62,604 nucleotides of DNA, filler included, from Choristocarpus tenellus KU-1152 (GCA_964200185.2; 10 parts of 10 records of this genome joined end to end with filler, not necessarily neighbours in it), one strand, 5' to 3'. Shown: positions 23,926 to 36,859, counted from the first letter of the whole stretch. Notes: generated by a model from the letters alone, not told the origin. Numbers and translations are program-made.

Positions 23926-25249
23926 NNNNNNNNNNNNNNNNNNNNNNNNNNNNNNNNNNNNNNNNNNNNTTAATTAATTAANNNNNNNNNNNNNNNNNNN
24001 NNNNNNNNNNNNNNNNNNNNNNNNNTACCTACTCCAGTTGGTCCTGAAAAAAAGAAACTTGCAATTGGTCGATTCATATCACGCATACCCCCAGATACTT
24101 TGGGTCTGAAGCAGGGGTGAGCACCCTCAAACAATGTCTCTCTCTCTCTCTCTCTGCGTTAGTATGACATCCTGGAAAGATAAAAAATAGATGCATTTTG
24201 TGCAGCTTGCTGTTGGCCCACGCAGTGCACAAGAAAGGCACTACCCAGTCAGTCACCTATGGTATCCTGGAGGCTCCTCAGTGGAAGGAGACTACTTCCC
24301 GCATAAATTTCACTGGTTCAAACCTCGTCCACACCAGAGATACTTCCACGGGAAACTGGTTTCGATTGTCTCAAGTCCATGTGGAAAGCACCATATTAAC
24401 GCAGATTGTACACCTGTCTGTACTATCCTATTATCTTCTGTCACTATATCGCACCACAAAAATGCTGGATGAGAACAAGGTGGCAAGGTTCCATTACTGA
24501 GTGGCATCAAGGTGGGTCCGGCACAAGATTCGAGGGAGGATAAGGAGTGTAGAGTGGCATTGTAGGATCCCTGATCCCAACATTGGAGAAGCAGGGCACA
24601 AATGGAGGCACACAACGGTAGGACAACTACATGCAACAGTCAAGTTACTAGTACAACAATAGAATTGTCACCTGGAGACACTAGGGAGATGGGCAAGGAG
24701 GGGATTGTTAGATTTGTGGGATGCCTCCGAAGCCCTGAATGACAACAGAGGGACGCCCTTGCATTATGTGCTTCCCATGTGCCTTCAAGATTAGTTACTT
24801 CCCCTAATGTTCCCACTGATTGTCCTACCATGTGCACAATGAATATGCAACACATGTAAATATGTGTTGAACATTGCCCTTGGTGAACCCATTTCGATGA
24901 TGCTGTGGTGGTGCAGCAAGCACCACATCTACACCACCTCACCACAGTATACCAGTGTCATATGTATACAGTACTGTAACTTTTGTAAATTGCACTCATT
25001 ATGATGTATTCACTCACATGTAATAGTACACCTTCTCAAGAAAAGCATCTGCAAACTGTTGGTGGCTGGACAGACGACTCGCAGTTCAAATCAAATCAAC
25101 GTTCAAAGCCAATATCCCTCCGATTGCTGCCCTACATATTCAATTGCGCTCTACAAGGATACTATACAGTACAGTATCGAAAACGCCACCGCAGATTAAT
25201 TGCAGCTGCATCGCCATACACCCCCCCTCGCTCATACTGAGTAAAGCAA

Positions 25250-26632
25250 CTTAATCGCTAAAAAATTATCGCGACTGACAAAAAAAACGCGAATGTCCGC
25301 TTGTTTGATTGCCCTTGCCCCAAGTGCACTGAGCCAGGTCAGCTTTGCTTTCCGGAGATGGCACGAAACATCATTCATGCTACACTCTTCGGCGGTTGTT
25401 TCTAAGCTTGCAAACCCGTCAGCTACTTGAGAGTATGATGGCGGTGTAGGAATCAACAACGAGCCAAAGTATCTTAGAGGGTAGAGCCGCGTCCATTTGG
25501 GGGCCAAAATCCAATGTTGCGATTTCGATGTAATTTTGGCTATCGTGTTTGTTGGGAAGTATAAATATCCATGTTCTGGATACACCCTTTCATCACGTAT
25601 ACATTTTACCTACTCCGAAATATTTTGGAGTACGAAAATGTCATAAGAACCTCGAGCGAAGCCAAGTCCCAAATGAATAAACAGGGCAAAACTCGTACCC
25701 TCTAAGATACTTTCACTCAACATTGAAGAGGCTGCTCCTTTCCTCGTGGCCCCTGATGTGCTGCCCCCTCCCATAAACTCATCGTCATCCTTGTCACCCG
25801 AGCTTTCATCGTTCAACTAGTGCAAGGATTCCTCGAACAGTCGGTCTTTCGTGTCTTCTAGTATCGCATTGGTCACTTCATTGTTGTCTTTTACACGGAT
25901 CTACACTCTTGCTGCTTAGATGGAAGCCTGACACGACTTTCCATCGGGTTTGAGATGCAGAGCATCAAGAACATCCGAGAGATTCTCATTGATATATAGG
26001 GACACCTTGTAGGACGTACCTCTATGAGCAAAATGGCCATCTGTGATACTACAGTACACAGTACAGACATTACACTACAATAGAAACGCGCGCAAAATTT
26101 CAAGAATATTTCACCTTGGCATGTTTGGCACCCCTCGTAGACTTGGCATCAGGCTTCAGCATTGGCACTTTCTTCTTGATGGTTGTTGCCTCCTTCTTCA
26201 ACTTGTAGAGGGTGTTGTCACCGATTCCAAACTTTGAGCAACTGCAGTTCCCGTCATGGTCTTCAGGAGTGTCAACACTTCCACCTTCTCTGCAAAGCTC
26301 AAGTGTTTGCAATTGTCGGTACCGCGAGGCTTGTAGGAGGACACAGCTTTCTCCGTAGATTTATTTAGTAGCACCTTGCCCTTGCCCTTGTTCTTGTTAT
26401 GGTGGCACTTCGACGAGGTGTTGTCACTGGCTGTAGGACTCGAAGCCTTGCTCTTGGTGGGACTCACGCATAATTTGCGCACACGTTTCATTTCGCTGGC
26501 ACCAAAAGGATCCACAACGCCGCAAATGGCATGAAGATAGCTGCTGCAAACGCGACACTTATGGCATGTATAGTGTGGCGGACCAGGAGTGTTTCCCTGT
26601 ATGTTGCAGCTGGATCCCGCTAAGCAGGGCAT
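25250..26632 (-). mobile_element. Degenerate pogo/Tigger-like transposase relic, DDE domain apparently deleted
   Basis: CENP-B/psq-type HTH (KHLSFAEKVEVL..TAVAQ/KFGIGDNTLYKLKK, frameshifted), acidic C-terminal region and terminal KQADIRVFF. Contains stops, frameshifts and a nested MITE. TIRs not resolved. Confidence 0.75.
25461..25718 (+). mobile_element. MITE family A (~258 bp), nested in the pogo relic
   Basis: TIRs GAGCCAAAGTATCTTAGAGGGTA / TACCCTCTAAGATACTTTCACTC with an AAC duplication. Confidence 0.92.
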
Positions 26633-27791
26633 TGTTATATCTGTACAGTGCCGTCATCTAAACTTGAAGTGATACAATGCATGTACTGTACAGTACAGTA
26701 CTGAGAGATAAAAGGCCGCTATGCTGTGTACTGCTGGTCTCGAGCAGGTTTATGACTTCTTGGGAAACCTGTTGAAACCTGAGTTCGTATGTGTTGTGGT
26801 TGTTTGTGATATGGCTAGGTTGTGGTGAAGGGTGTCATAGTGCAACAAAGCTCCAGTGATTTTTTTCTGGTAGTTCTGACGACATGTTTTGTTCAATCAG
26901 ACGATGGTTGATGTGAAAGTGGGGTCATTCATTGAGACGGTCAAATGAAGAAATGCATGCTCTGTGGAGAGGCTTGTCACCTTGGCCGAGAAGGGTTCCT
27001 GGAGATGTTTTAACTCTGATTATATTGCATCGTGGTGTGTATCAGGTGCTCGTTGTGCAGAGTGGAGTTGATGTCTTATGAAGGTTCAATGCCAACCAAG
27101 AAATAATAACAAACACATGATATGCAACTGATACCTTGTGTGAAGAAGAAGAAAGAGAAAAACAAAGAAGAAACAATAAGACAAACTTGAACCAATATCT
27201 AAGGGAATTGATGTGACACATATTTCGTCTGTATGTGTTATAGGTACCGAGTCTTCTGATGCTTCCTATGTAAAGTGATGTTCTAAAGGTAATTGATAAT
27301 GTTGTGATGACGAGCTAATAATGAAGTAAGTGGAGATAACAAGTACGATGTACAAATCAACTCTCAGTATGAACTGACGATACTGTATATATATATATAG
27401 GTTTCATTGGTTTCCCCCCTGACACATCTGCAAAATGTTAAGAGTGCATAATAATACTGTATGCACTGAATATATTTATTATTATGCCCTCTGACATCTG
27501 TATCGTATCAAGACAAACCAAATGAGTAAGACTGTTTGAACAAATCTCGTCTGTCAAGTAGTGGAAAAAAATGGTAGTTTGCTCGGTATGAGAGAGAATT
27601 GGCAGGAAAACGCTCAAACCTCTCTTACCGTCTGGAAAGTAGTGATAAGCCAATTTATCCTCTCTTATATCCCATTTTCTCCTATGTCGACCTCTCTTAT
27701 ATCGGTACATCCACTATAGTAGTGCATATTTGATGGAGTTGTCTTAGTAGTAAGAACTACTACTACTGTTGTTGTATTCTGTAATGGTGTA

Positions 27792-27949
27792 GCTGCTGCT
27801 GCAGCTGAGGTGCGAAAACGCACCCACTATGAGGGCTCTTTTGACCCTCGTAGTTACAACCTTAACACCTTTGCGGTGGAAACTTTTGGGTGCCTTGGTA
27901 AGCAAGCAGAACGTTTCCTGGATGAGCTAGCTACACACGAGGTAGGGGG
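27792..27949 (+). mobile_element. Restriction-like endonuclease fragment of a CRE/R2-type non-LTR retrotransposon
   Basis: AAAAAEVRKRTHY..FAVETFGCLGKQAERFLDELA matches the K..KY..F..ETxGxxG C-terminal RLE motif. Confidence 0.75.
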
Positions 27950-28133
27950 NNNNNNNNNNNNNNNNNNNNNNNNNNNNNNNNNNNNNNNNNNNNTTAATTA
28001 ATTAANNNNNNNNNNNNNNNNNNNNNNNNNNNNNNNNNNNNNNNNNNNNCCACTCCCCCCCACCCTTCATCCTACTCACCCCCCCCCCACTTTCCTTTCC
28101 CCCCCCCCCCCCCCCAGATACTTTGAGTCTTGT

Positions 28134-28395
28134 GACCAACCAGTGTGACCCCTCTGCCACTGACTTCCAGTCACCAACCTCTCCTGTGATCAACCAGTCT
28201 GAACTCCTTTCGCCACTGATTTCCAGTCACCAACCACATTCGATGACCAACCAGTGCGATCCCTTCACCACTGACTTCCAGTCACCAACCACATCCGTTG
28301 AATAGCCAGTGCGACCCCTTCGCCACTGATTTCCAGTCACCAACCACATCTGATGACCAACCAGTGTGACCCCTTTGCCACTGATTTCCAGTCAC
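28134..28395. repeat. Minisatellite, five ~55-bp units
   Basis: Unit GACCAACCAGTGYGACCCCTTYGCCACTGAYTTCCAGTCACCAACCACATC. Confidence 0.92.
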
Positions 28396-28567
28396 CACCA
28401 CTTTCCACTCCACCCCACCATTCATCCTACTCAACCCCACACCACTTTCCATTCCACCCCACCATTCATCCTACTCAACCCCACACCACTTTCCATTCCA
28501 CCCCACCATTCAACGCCACTCAACACCACAACACCTTCCACCACTTTCCATTCCACCGCACCATTCA
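28395..28567. repeat. Second C/A-rich minisatellite, ~43-bp units
   Basis: CACCACTTTCCATTCCACCCCACCATTCATCCTACTCAACCCCA repeated 3-4 times, degenerating rightwards. Confidence 0.85.
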
Positions 28568-30749
28568 ACAAAAACTCAACATCCACTCCACAATCATCCA
28601 AGAATACCCCTTCACCATCCACTTCAATACCGTGCCTTTGAACTAGAAGACATATACCCCACCCAAACATGATCATGATCTCCCCCCCCCTGCTCCCCAC
28701 CATCCCAGTTGGTCATGAGCAATCAAAAGGGTGGGAGAGTGGGTGCGAAAGACTGCTCAGAGGTTGCCTTGTTCTAGCCCTGTTTGTCCTGTTCCACCAA
28801 CCTCGAGTTTTCCTTGTGTTCTGATCCATCCCTTCCTACCTCATGCTTCCACCTACCACCCATTTCTTTTACCTTCTCTCCTACCTCTTCCACCTCCTAG
28901 CCACCCAGTACTTAACTCTTCGTCCACCTTCTCATCATTCTTTTTTTCCCTGATCAGCCCTCTATTTCCCATTCATAATTCCTACCAGAATTCTCCCACC
29001 CACAAAATTCAGATTACTTCATAAACTTCCCCTTTTTCCATTTTGGATGGATTTGTACCCAAACATCCTAATATATAATATTATGTATCTTTCTCCATTT
29101 CTATATTTTCTTGGGGGGCTTAAAGTTTTTTTTTTTGACGTTAGTCTGTGATGATAGGGTCACTCCATTTCTTGAGTTAATACCCATACCTTTATCTTCA
29201 GCCCCTGATGGTCTTGCTCCAGGAGGGGCGGGAGGGGTGGGCCCACTTTATTTCATTTGCTTGTTGTGTCTTTGTGCCTCAGGAGGGTGTGTGTCTATTT
29301 AGGATTCCTGCTGATGTTTACATGGCTCTTTGATATAGACACAGGAGGGTATCCTTGCTCTGGCCAGGAGGCTGGGGGATCATTACACGTTTTGGGTACG
29401 ACCTGAGCACCTACGTTTTTAGTCGGTTTTAGATTCCGACACTACCTGGAGGACCTACTTCCTCTTGGTGTCTGTCCCGTTCAAGTGGAATGAGGTCACA
29501 CTCAGCTTCAACTTGAAATTGGACCTGGAGATGAAAATAGATGTCACGACCATTGTAGTACAGGAAACCGATATGTGGAACAAGCATTGTACAAGCTATT
29601 TACCTTTGCACCTTGGTGAGAAAATAAAGTGGGGGTTTGGACTGCTACTTCTATATGAAGTATGACTTGGTGCCCACACGCTTCTTCTACCGAAGAGAAG
29701 TTCCACCAGGCAGCAGGCAACGTGCTCTAGCAGCACTCTGGAGAATGGTGTAAGCTCCACCGGTCAGCAGTCACCATGCTCCAGCAGTGCCATGCGGAAC
29801 AATGAGTGGTGGGCTAGCAGAGATGAGTTGTGCATCGATAGAAGGAGAACTTGCCTGTCCTTACATCCCCTGACCATTGCAGGTCAACATCACTTGGGGA
29901 TATTTTGGCTTGGTTTGCACTCGGTATGCAAGACAACCGATGTTTGTCATATATATTTTTTTCTTAGTATCATGCTGCTCTGTTGGTGTTCAATTCTTCA
30001 CACTCCTTCCTACAGCTGCGATGAGAGGATGCTCTATAGCTGCAAGGGAATGGAACATGTAGGCAACCTTCCCAACAAAAAACTACTTTTGCGACCTATG
30101 TTCCACTTGAAACAGCGCAAAACTGTGGTTCAACGTCTGTGTGGGTACATGGGGGCAAGGACCTCCTGTCACACTTGGGACACAAGTAAGGCGTTAGTGA
30201 TGGGATTTGACCAGCAAAGTCCACATTTTTTTCAACTCAACCAGAGGAATTGAGGTGAGAGGTTTGTTTACATTTCATAAATACTTTTGTGTTCCTCAGA
30301 CAAACCAATTATGGTAATGATGCTTTTTCTTTTCTCTCCGAGGTATCCCTAGGAACTACACTGTCTTGTAAACTTGGCCCCTGTGCCTCAGTTTATGATC
30401 ACTTGATTGCCCTTTTGTCTACAAAATTATATGCACTTCATTGAACATCTTGCCCCAATCCTGTCAAGTATTCCCATGTCTTACTTGCAGCACAACTATA
30501 GTGGGCAACTACCAACCTTGAACAACCAGTATGGAATACTGCAGGGAGAAGTGCTATACGCATGGGTTAAAGGGGAGGGGAAGCTCTGTTGAACTATCCC
30601 ACACTGGACCCGCGGCTTTTATGGTGCTTTAATGAAGGACATCGAACAGNNNNNNNNNNNNNNNNNNNNNNNNNNNNNNNNNNNNNNNNNNNNTTAATTA
30701 ATTAANNNNNNNNNNNNNNNNNNNNNNNNNNNNNNNNNNNNNNNNNNNN

Positions 30750-31671
30750 AGGAAGGCCGCGATCTTCCCAGCCACAACCTTCTTCGCCACCCCATTGAAC
30801 ACGTCATCGCAATCTGAAAAATTCAACTTGCCATGCGAGTACTGGTTACATAGCCTCACCAGGGCATTGCGCCTCTTGTTCTCCTTGTTGTTCTCAAGGT
30901 CTGGCAGGGTGGATGGGAGGGGCTTGACCTTTCCGATTTCTGTCTGGAACTCCTTCATTGCCCGCAACCATGACACCATCCTCGGGAATACATCGACGAC
31001 GTTGGGGACGTGTGACTTGCTCGATGTCACGCCTTGTCCGATCGATATTGATTCCGCCTTCTCTTTGTCACATCGTGGATAGACGTGCCATACGAGGTGG
31101 GAGCCGCGTTTATGCAGGATATAAATTACTTTAGAGGTCCAATCCTTATCCACAAAGTCAGGCAAAGTTATCTTCGTTGGTGGAGGGGCCTTCTTGGACT
31201 GCCGCTGTACGTGGTTCAGTATCCTTAACAGCATTAGTCGATGCTGTCCATTCAGGCAGTAGAACATGTTGAGAGGGTCTAGAGGGTTCCGCGGATTCCC
31301 CAACTTCTCCTTCTCTATGAATCCACGGACGATGTAATATTTTATGAGAGAGGTGATGGAGAGATCCCCTTTAATCCCATAGTCCAACATGTACTCCCTA
31401 ATCTCGTCCGCTGTCTTCCATCGTGAGCACATTGCATAGGCCTGCGAAGTTAGGACAGACCATATGTGCCTGCTTCCCTGCCTCCTCGTGATCCCTTGGG
31501 ATATCGTTAAAGATGGACGCAAGTCTGCCCTCGTCAAGCAAACTTGCGTTGTAGTCTTGGGACAGAAATCCCTTGGTGACCAGGTAGGTGGTTTTGATTG
31601 CGCCCAGTCGAAGGCCACAAATTTGTGGGGTCCTCTTTCTGGTCTCTTGAAAAGCAGGTTCGCTCGTAGTC
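30750..31671 (-). CDS. Large exon encoding a ParB/sulfiredoxin-like (GQHR) domain, 3' truncated
   Basis: About 300 open codons after a TAAG acceptor. DEIREYMLDYGI..YYIV, FYCLNGQHRLMLL and WHVYPRCDKEKAESISIGQ follow the ParB N-domain motif order. Confidence 0.6.
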
Positions 31672-32045
31672 CTTAATGTAATGTACGGTTTATGAAAACA
31701 TGGCGTCGAACGAAAGAGGGTATGGGGAATGGTTTTCAGTAAAGTATGCAGCTGATATGTTTCGCATGGTTGTGTGTTAAGGACGATTAGGTAGGGACTA
31801 GGATGAAACAATCGATCATACAGCTGTTTTGCGAACGAGCAAGCTATTGGGTGAAGAGTGATTTGCACCATTGAAGGAATTTCTGTATTGCATTGGACAT
31901 GAAAACCGGATGAGTCTCAAGTTCAGGGCCTTTGCACTTCGTCGACATAATTTTGAAGGACGGCATCTGAAAATTATAAGTAGTTCCGCCACGAAAAGTA
32001 ATAAATTTTCAGATTTCCTGAAATATGTGTGTGGAGGTTTTTACT

Positions 32046-32228
32046 TCTCGCATGCCGTCGTTCGACGTCATGTGAGAATAGGGTATAGTTGAGAAGAGAT
32101 TCGTCATACGTTTTTAATCCGTGAAAACCTGATTTATCAACTTTACGATTAAAGTCTCGCATGACGTCGTTCGACGTCATGTGAAAATAGGGTATAGTTG
32201 AGAAGCGATTCGTCGTATGTTTTTAATC
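32046..32228. repeat. Direct repeat with 109-bp period, each copy carrying a palindrome
   Basis: CATG(A/C)CGTCG-TT-CGACGTCATG at 32051-32072 and 32160-32181, each followed by about 45 bp of shared sequence. Confidence 0.9.
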
Positions 32229-33821
32229 TCTTGAATGAGTGTGGTTACATGATTATCCTTTCTTCCAAAAACAAAACGGGTATAAAATAAGGTAATATGG
32301 AAGTGATCAGAGAAATAGAAATGGTTGGGGGAAGGGAAGGGAATCTGACTGATCAATTTGCATGATAATGAATGTGGCTGGTTATGCTCCTTAATTCATT
32401 ACATAAGAAGAAAAGGTCGCGCTAAGAAAAAAGGCAGTGGTGGGGTGCTCGGGTTTCGGTTGACGAGGACTAGCAATAGAGGGCGGCTATTGTTCTTGCA
32501 CATCAATATTTCGAAAAGAGAGGGATGGGTGAGGTTCAAACCAGAAAGAAATTATTGTTTTTCGAATGTAAAGCTGTACAGGGTATCGGTATTTCTTCAC
32601 GTACAAGATGTTCAGATCGACAGCGTACTGCTTAGGGAATCTATGTGAATTGGATACGTAGGTGGGTGGTCACGTTTTGGTGAACACTGAAACGATGTCC
32701 AAAATTAACAATGGGTTGGATGCGATACTTGAAAGAAATATGACTTATCAATGAAAAAAAAACACGAGTTACATGTGTATTCCTTCTTGAAAAACATGTG
32801 AAAAGGGGCAGCGAACTGGTTCGGAATATGAACATAATTGGCTACAGCGGAGAGTGGTTTGTTCTGTTGATCAATCTAAAAGTGGTGTTGACAATTATGA
32901 ACGGGTGACATGTAGTACTTCACATAAATCTCAGTTTTGTATGGGAAAAATTACTGGGGATCGTGTATTCCCCCTGCAACAACGTATCGGAGGGGACTGT
33001 GAACTGAGGCGTCAAACGACCGAAGAATTGGATGCAGAGGAGGGTCGCATCTTCCTTGTGTTTATTCCTAAAATGATGTCGACAGCTCGGAATAGCTGGG
33101 GCGCACTACCTCAAAATACACGGTTAGGCATTGAGATGAGACAAATGAAATAGGATTACTATGCAACAACACAAAACAAACAACGTGTGCATGAAAGAGA
33201 TGCAGGTAGTGATCACAGTTTGGTACAGGGTAGGGTTACTATTTGTGTACATCGACGTAAGAATGTGTGATGGGAGTTAGGGCAGACATGTCAGGGACTG
33301 TGTTTGTGAGGGAGCATACGATATGTGCGCTAACGATCTGCTTGGCAAATTCTGTATACATTGCGAAGATGTTCTAACAAGACTGTGTTGGGTTGGTTAA
33401 GGTGCGCACCAGGGACATGGGTTCATTCAAATTTTTGTGGATATGCGCAACGTGGTGATCGAATTTTACGAAGGGACGTTGTAAAGGTTGTTTCCGTGAA
33501 CTTTGACAGTGTTTACAACCATTTCGGAATTAGGGGGGGGAGGGGGGGAGGTAGAGGTGCACACGTGGTGGCCGTCATTATGGACAAGAAGAGGGATGAG
33601 TATAATCGTCAATCCCAACCGTTCCAAANNNNNNNNNNNNNNNNNNNNNNNNNNNNNNNNNNNNNNNNNNNNTTAATTAATTAANNNNNNNNNNNNNNNN
33701 NNNNNNNNNNNNNNNNNNNNNNNNNNNNAAGATGTTTACCCCCCCCCCCCCTTGTCATTGCCCCCCCTTCCCCCCCCCCCCCACATCCTATGGTATTTCA
33801 ATAACTTATCGCCCCTTACAG

Positions 33822-33983
33822 GTGCCAGCCCAATGGACCCTATATTCTGGGTTCTACATCCGATTTATGAGAAGGCACTGCATGTCCTGATGCTCTCTCC
33901 TCACTACCGTGAGGCCTATGACTTTACCTGGGTGAACAAAACCTGTAAGGGTAGCAGCTTGCATGACGATCAGCCCTTTACTG
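33822..33983 (+). CDS. Internal exon of a tyrosinase-like di-copper protein
   Basis: CAG/GTGAGT-bounded exon encoding ASPMDPIFWVLHPIYEK, the CuB SPxDPxFWxxH motif. Confidence 0.75.
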
Positions 33984-36859
33984 GTGAGTCTAGTCTAAAA
34001 TAGCTCTATTTTTTGGAAGGAAGTGCGTGACTGCGAATGCCTGCTACAGTACAGTTTTCGGTTCTCGTGCTTTTTTTTTTTTAGGACCGTTCTTATTGGC
34101 AAAAAAACCCTACTTCTTGTATCTCATCTTTACCCCCTGGATGACATCTTGTTTCTGAAGTATCTCAAACGTTTGAACTGGTAACTGGAATGTTTTTCTC
34201 TTGAATATGTATGGTTATTACACTTGGTTATTATCATGCTTTACACTTCGATGAAGAGAGGTGATTTTCCTGGTCTCTAGTCCAACCGTTGGAGGGAGGC
34301 GGCACCGATATCTCGTTAAGAAGGTGCTGGCCTGATGTGCGTCCATGAATGGGTAGATAGGTGTGTTTGTGTGTGTGTGTGTGTGTCGCTCTCTCTCTCC
34401 TCTCTCTCTCCCTCTCTCTCTCTTCCTCTCGATCTCCTGCCACACTCTTGGAATGGTCATTCACTCACATTAATAGAGCTACGACTGACTCTTTCCATAC
34501 CCTTTCCATACCCCTCTCTCTTGTGCACGCCTTCGTCTGATAACAAAACAACGTTTGGTCCGTTGAAGAGCGAATGCTCGGGCTGGGTCCTGGAACAAAC
34601 TTGCTCAATAATGAAGATCTTATTCAGATGTTTCACCCATCCAGCATTAAGGTCCCGTACATGTATGGCAATTTCAACCAATGGGGGACTTGCCAGGATT
34701 GGGATGTGTGCCCTGGCTGCAACAGCTAGGGAAAGGATGCGTTGTCTGTTTTTTCTTTACGTGGTGATGCATGCATGCAAGGTCGTTAGGTTTGAGCTTT
34801 CAAGTTGAGGCTCTAGCGTGAGTTAATGGTGAAAAGGCCTTAGCGCCATTTTGAATGTAACTGCACAGGTAGGTTAAGGACTGAGCACTTCCTTTACGGC
34901 TGGGAGATCGGCCCTTCACCTTGCCCTGTGACAAGTTTGCAACTGTGACCCATTCCGGTCCTTCACCGCCCATCTTTCATGTCTCTGCCAAAAAGGGACC
35001 AACACAAAGATACACAATATATGTTCAGTTGTTGAAAATTTTCATCCATGCTGTCGCTTGCAGAATAGTATGTACTGTGTATCTCGTAGTATTTTTTTGC
35101 ATTGTGTGTGGTATCTTTTGTATATTCAGTGTTAAAAGTCTAGTTTTACATACATCTTGTGAGAGTGAGAATTGGGTGTTGTTGATGCTAGAGTTATCTG
35201 GCCGTGGGTGTTTTTTGTTTGACGTCTCGATTGTTCAAGTGCGTGTTGGCGGGTTCCTAGAACTTTCTTCGCCCATAAACATCTCTTAAGACATTTCTGA
35301 GTGTTTTGTGTCCCATCAGACAAAGGTAGCAGGATGGCGCATCTAGTCGATCTGCCTCCAAGCAAATAGTGTTTCTGAGCCCAGTGTAGTTCTGGCGCCG
35401 CCCTGGAGTCCTCATCTGGATGGTTTTTCTTTTATTGTTTGTGGTGTTTGAAATGGGTACGGATGTACTTGCCCCAAAAACATATTTTTTCGATGCATGT
35501 ATTTTGGTGTTTTCAAGCATGCAGTGCTCGACGATGAGACCATCCAGGAGGGATTTGTGTTTAGACTGCTTATTCTGCTTTTGACATCTAGGAAGCTCTA
35601 CCACTCTCTAGTAGTATCGCTTATCAGAGGTCTCTTGTAAGCTGAACATATCCTTACTATGGTGGTGGAGTCTTTCGGGTCTGATTCCCTGGGAGTGAAT
35701 TATTTGATCTCTAGGGGTGGTTGTAGGGGTGTCTTCTTGGTGCTAAAACTGATTCTGGTTCAAGGTGCATTCGCTTGTCACAGGCATGAAACACCTCCGC
35801 TGAAGATTGCTGGGAGGCTCACCGCATAACTGTGTTGAAGTGTCTCTTGTGATCATATGCTAAAGGAAGACATTCAAGTGGGGATGGGGGGTGACAACAC
35901 TGCTGGGATTAAACTGAATGGGCAAGATGGTAGGGGTATGAGGCAGGCAAATGCAATTCTTTTTGAAGGTTGCTAGTGTATTTTGTGTTGGACGTTTAGG
36001 TCCTTGTTGAATTTCTGCTGGTATCACATTTGATTACTCATGTATCTGCTGCTGGCGCTTATTTTTTTATACTTGTGTGCTCTTGCCTGCACATTATACG
36101 GGTGTGCTTGAAGGTACATATTTTCGTATGATTTCTCTCATTCTTGTTAGGGACGTGGATATCTGTGGCTGCCTCGTTTCACTCCACCAGGATGTCCTTG
36201 CTTGAACTGTGTACTGTTGGAAGTGGTGATGTGTGCAAAGAAATAGGGTTCTTGCATCCCTCGTGGGTTTGGTGATATCTTCAGCAATACACAGTTTGCC
36301 AGCTTAATGTTAGAAAATAATGTTATATCGTGAGGCAGGGTTCAATCATGATTAGTTGATGTTTTGATGGGAACATCACTGATGACAAAGAAATGTGCCT
36401 GTAATGCACTTGTGTGTGCGTGCACGGATGTGGATTGGACTGAGATCAGCTCCCAATGGGGCCTGTCCTTCACAGTTGTAATGTTCTGACTATATATCTG
36501 CAACTGCCTTTTTGTCTGGTTTTAGAGTGTGTGCGTGTGTTTGATTTTCTTCCTTGGTCGCCCTGATGCAAGCAGTTGACCGTCAAGAATGATATTGTAC
36601 CTCCATTCCTTCACATAGTATGAAGGGATGTTTCTGTTTCACAAAAGGAGTTGCTACCCTCAAATTGAATAGAGTGTAATGCACATGCCCTAAAAATGCC
36701 GACAAGGCGTGTAGAGGCAAGGCGGTGGTGGGGTGCGTTTACTGTATCTCTGAGTTGCCGGCCAAAGAGGAAGACACACTGTGATGTGTTTCAGGACTGC
36801 CCTCGTGTACTTTGACAAATTTGGTGCCGATTCAAATTTGAACTTGCATGTTCCAACTA

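Noticed and set aside
28134-28395. CRISPR-like array
   Set aside because: Units are contiguous and similar along their whole length, with no unique spacers and no cas genes. It is a minisatellite.
29300-30649. Possible decayed Mutator/SWIM transposase on the minus strand
   Set aside because: Only faint hints (a GRPK-like segment, scattered Cys) across many stops and frameshifts; too weak to call.
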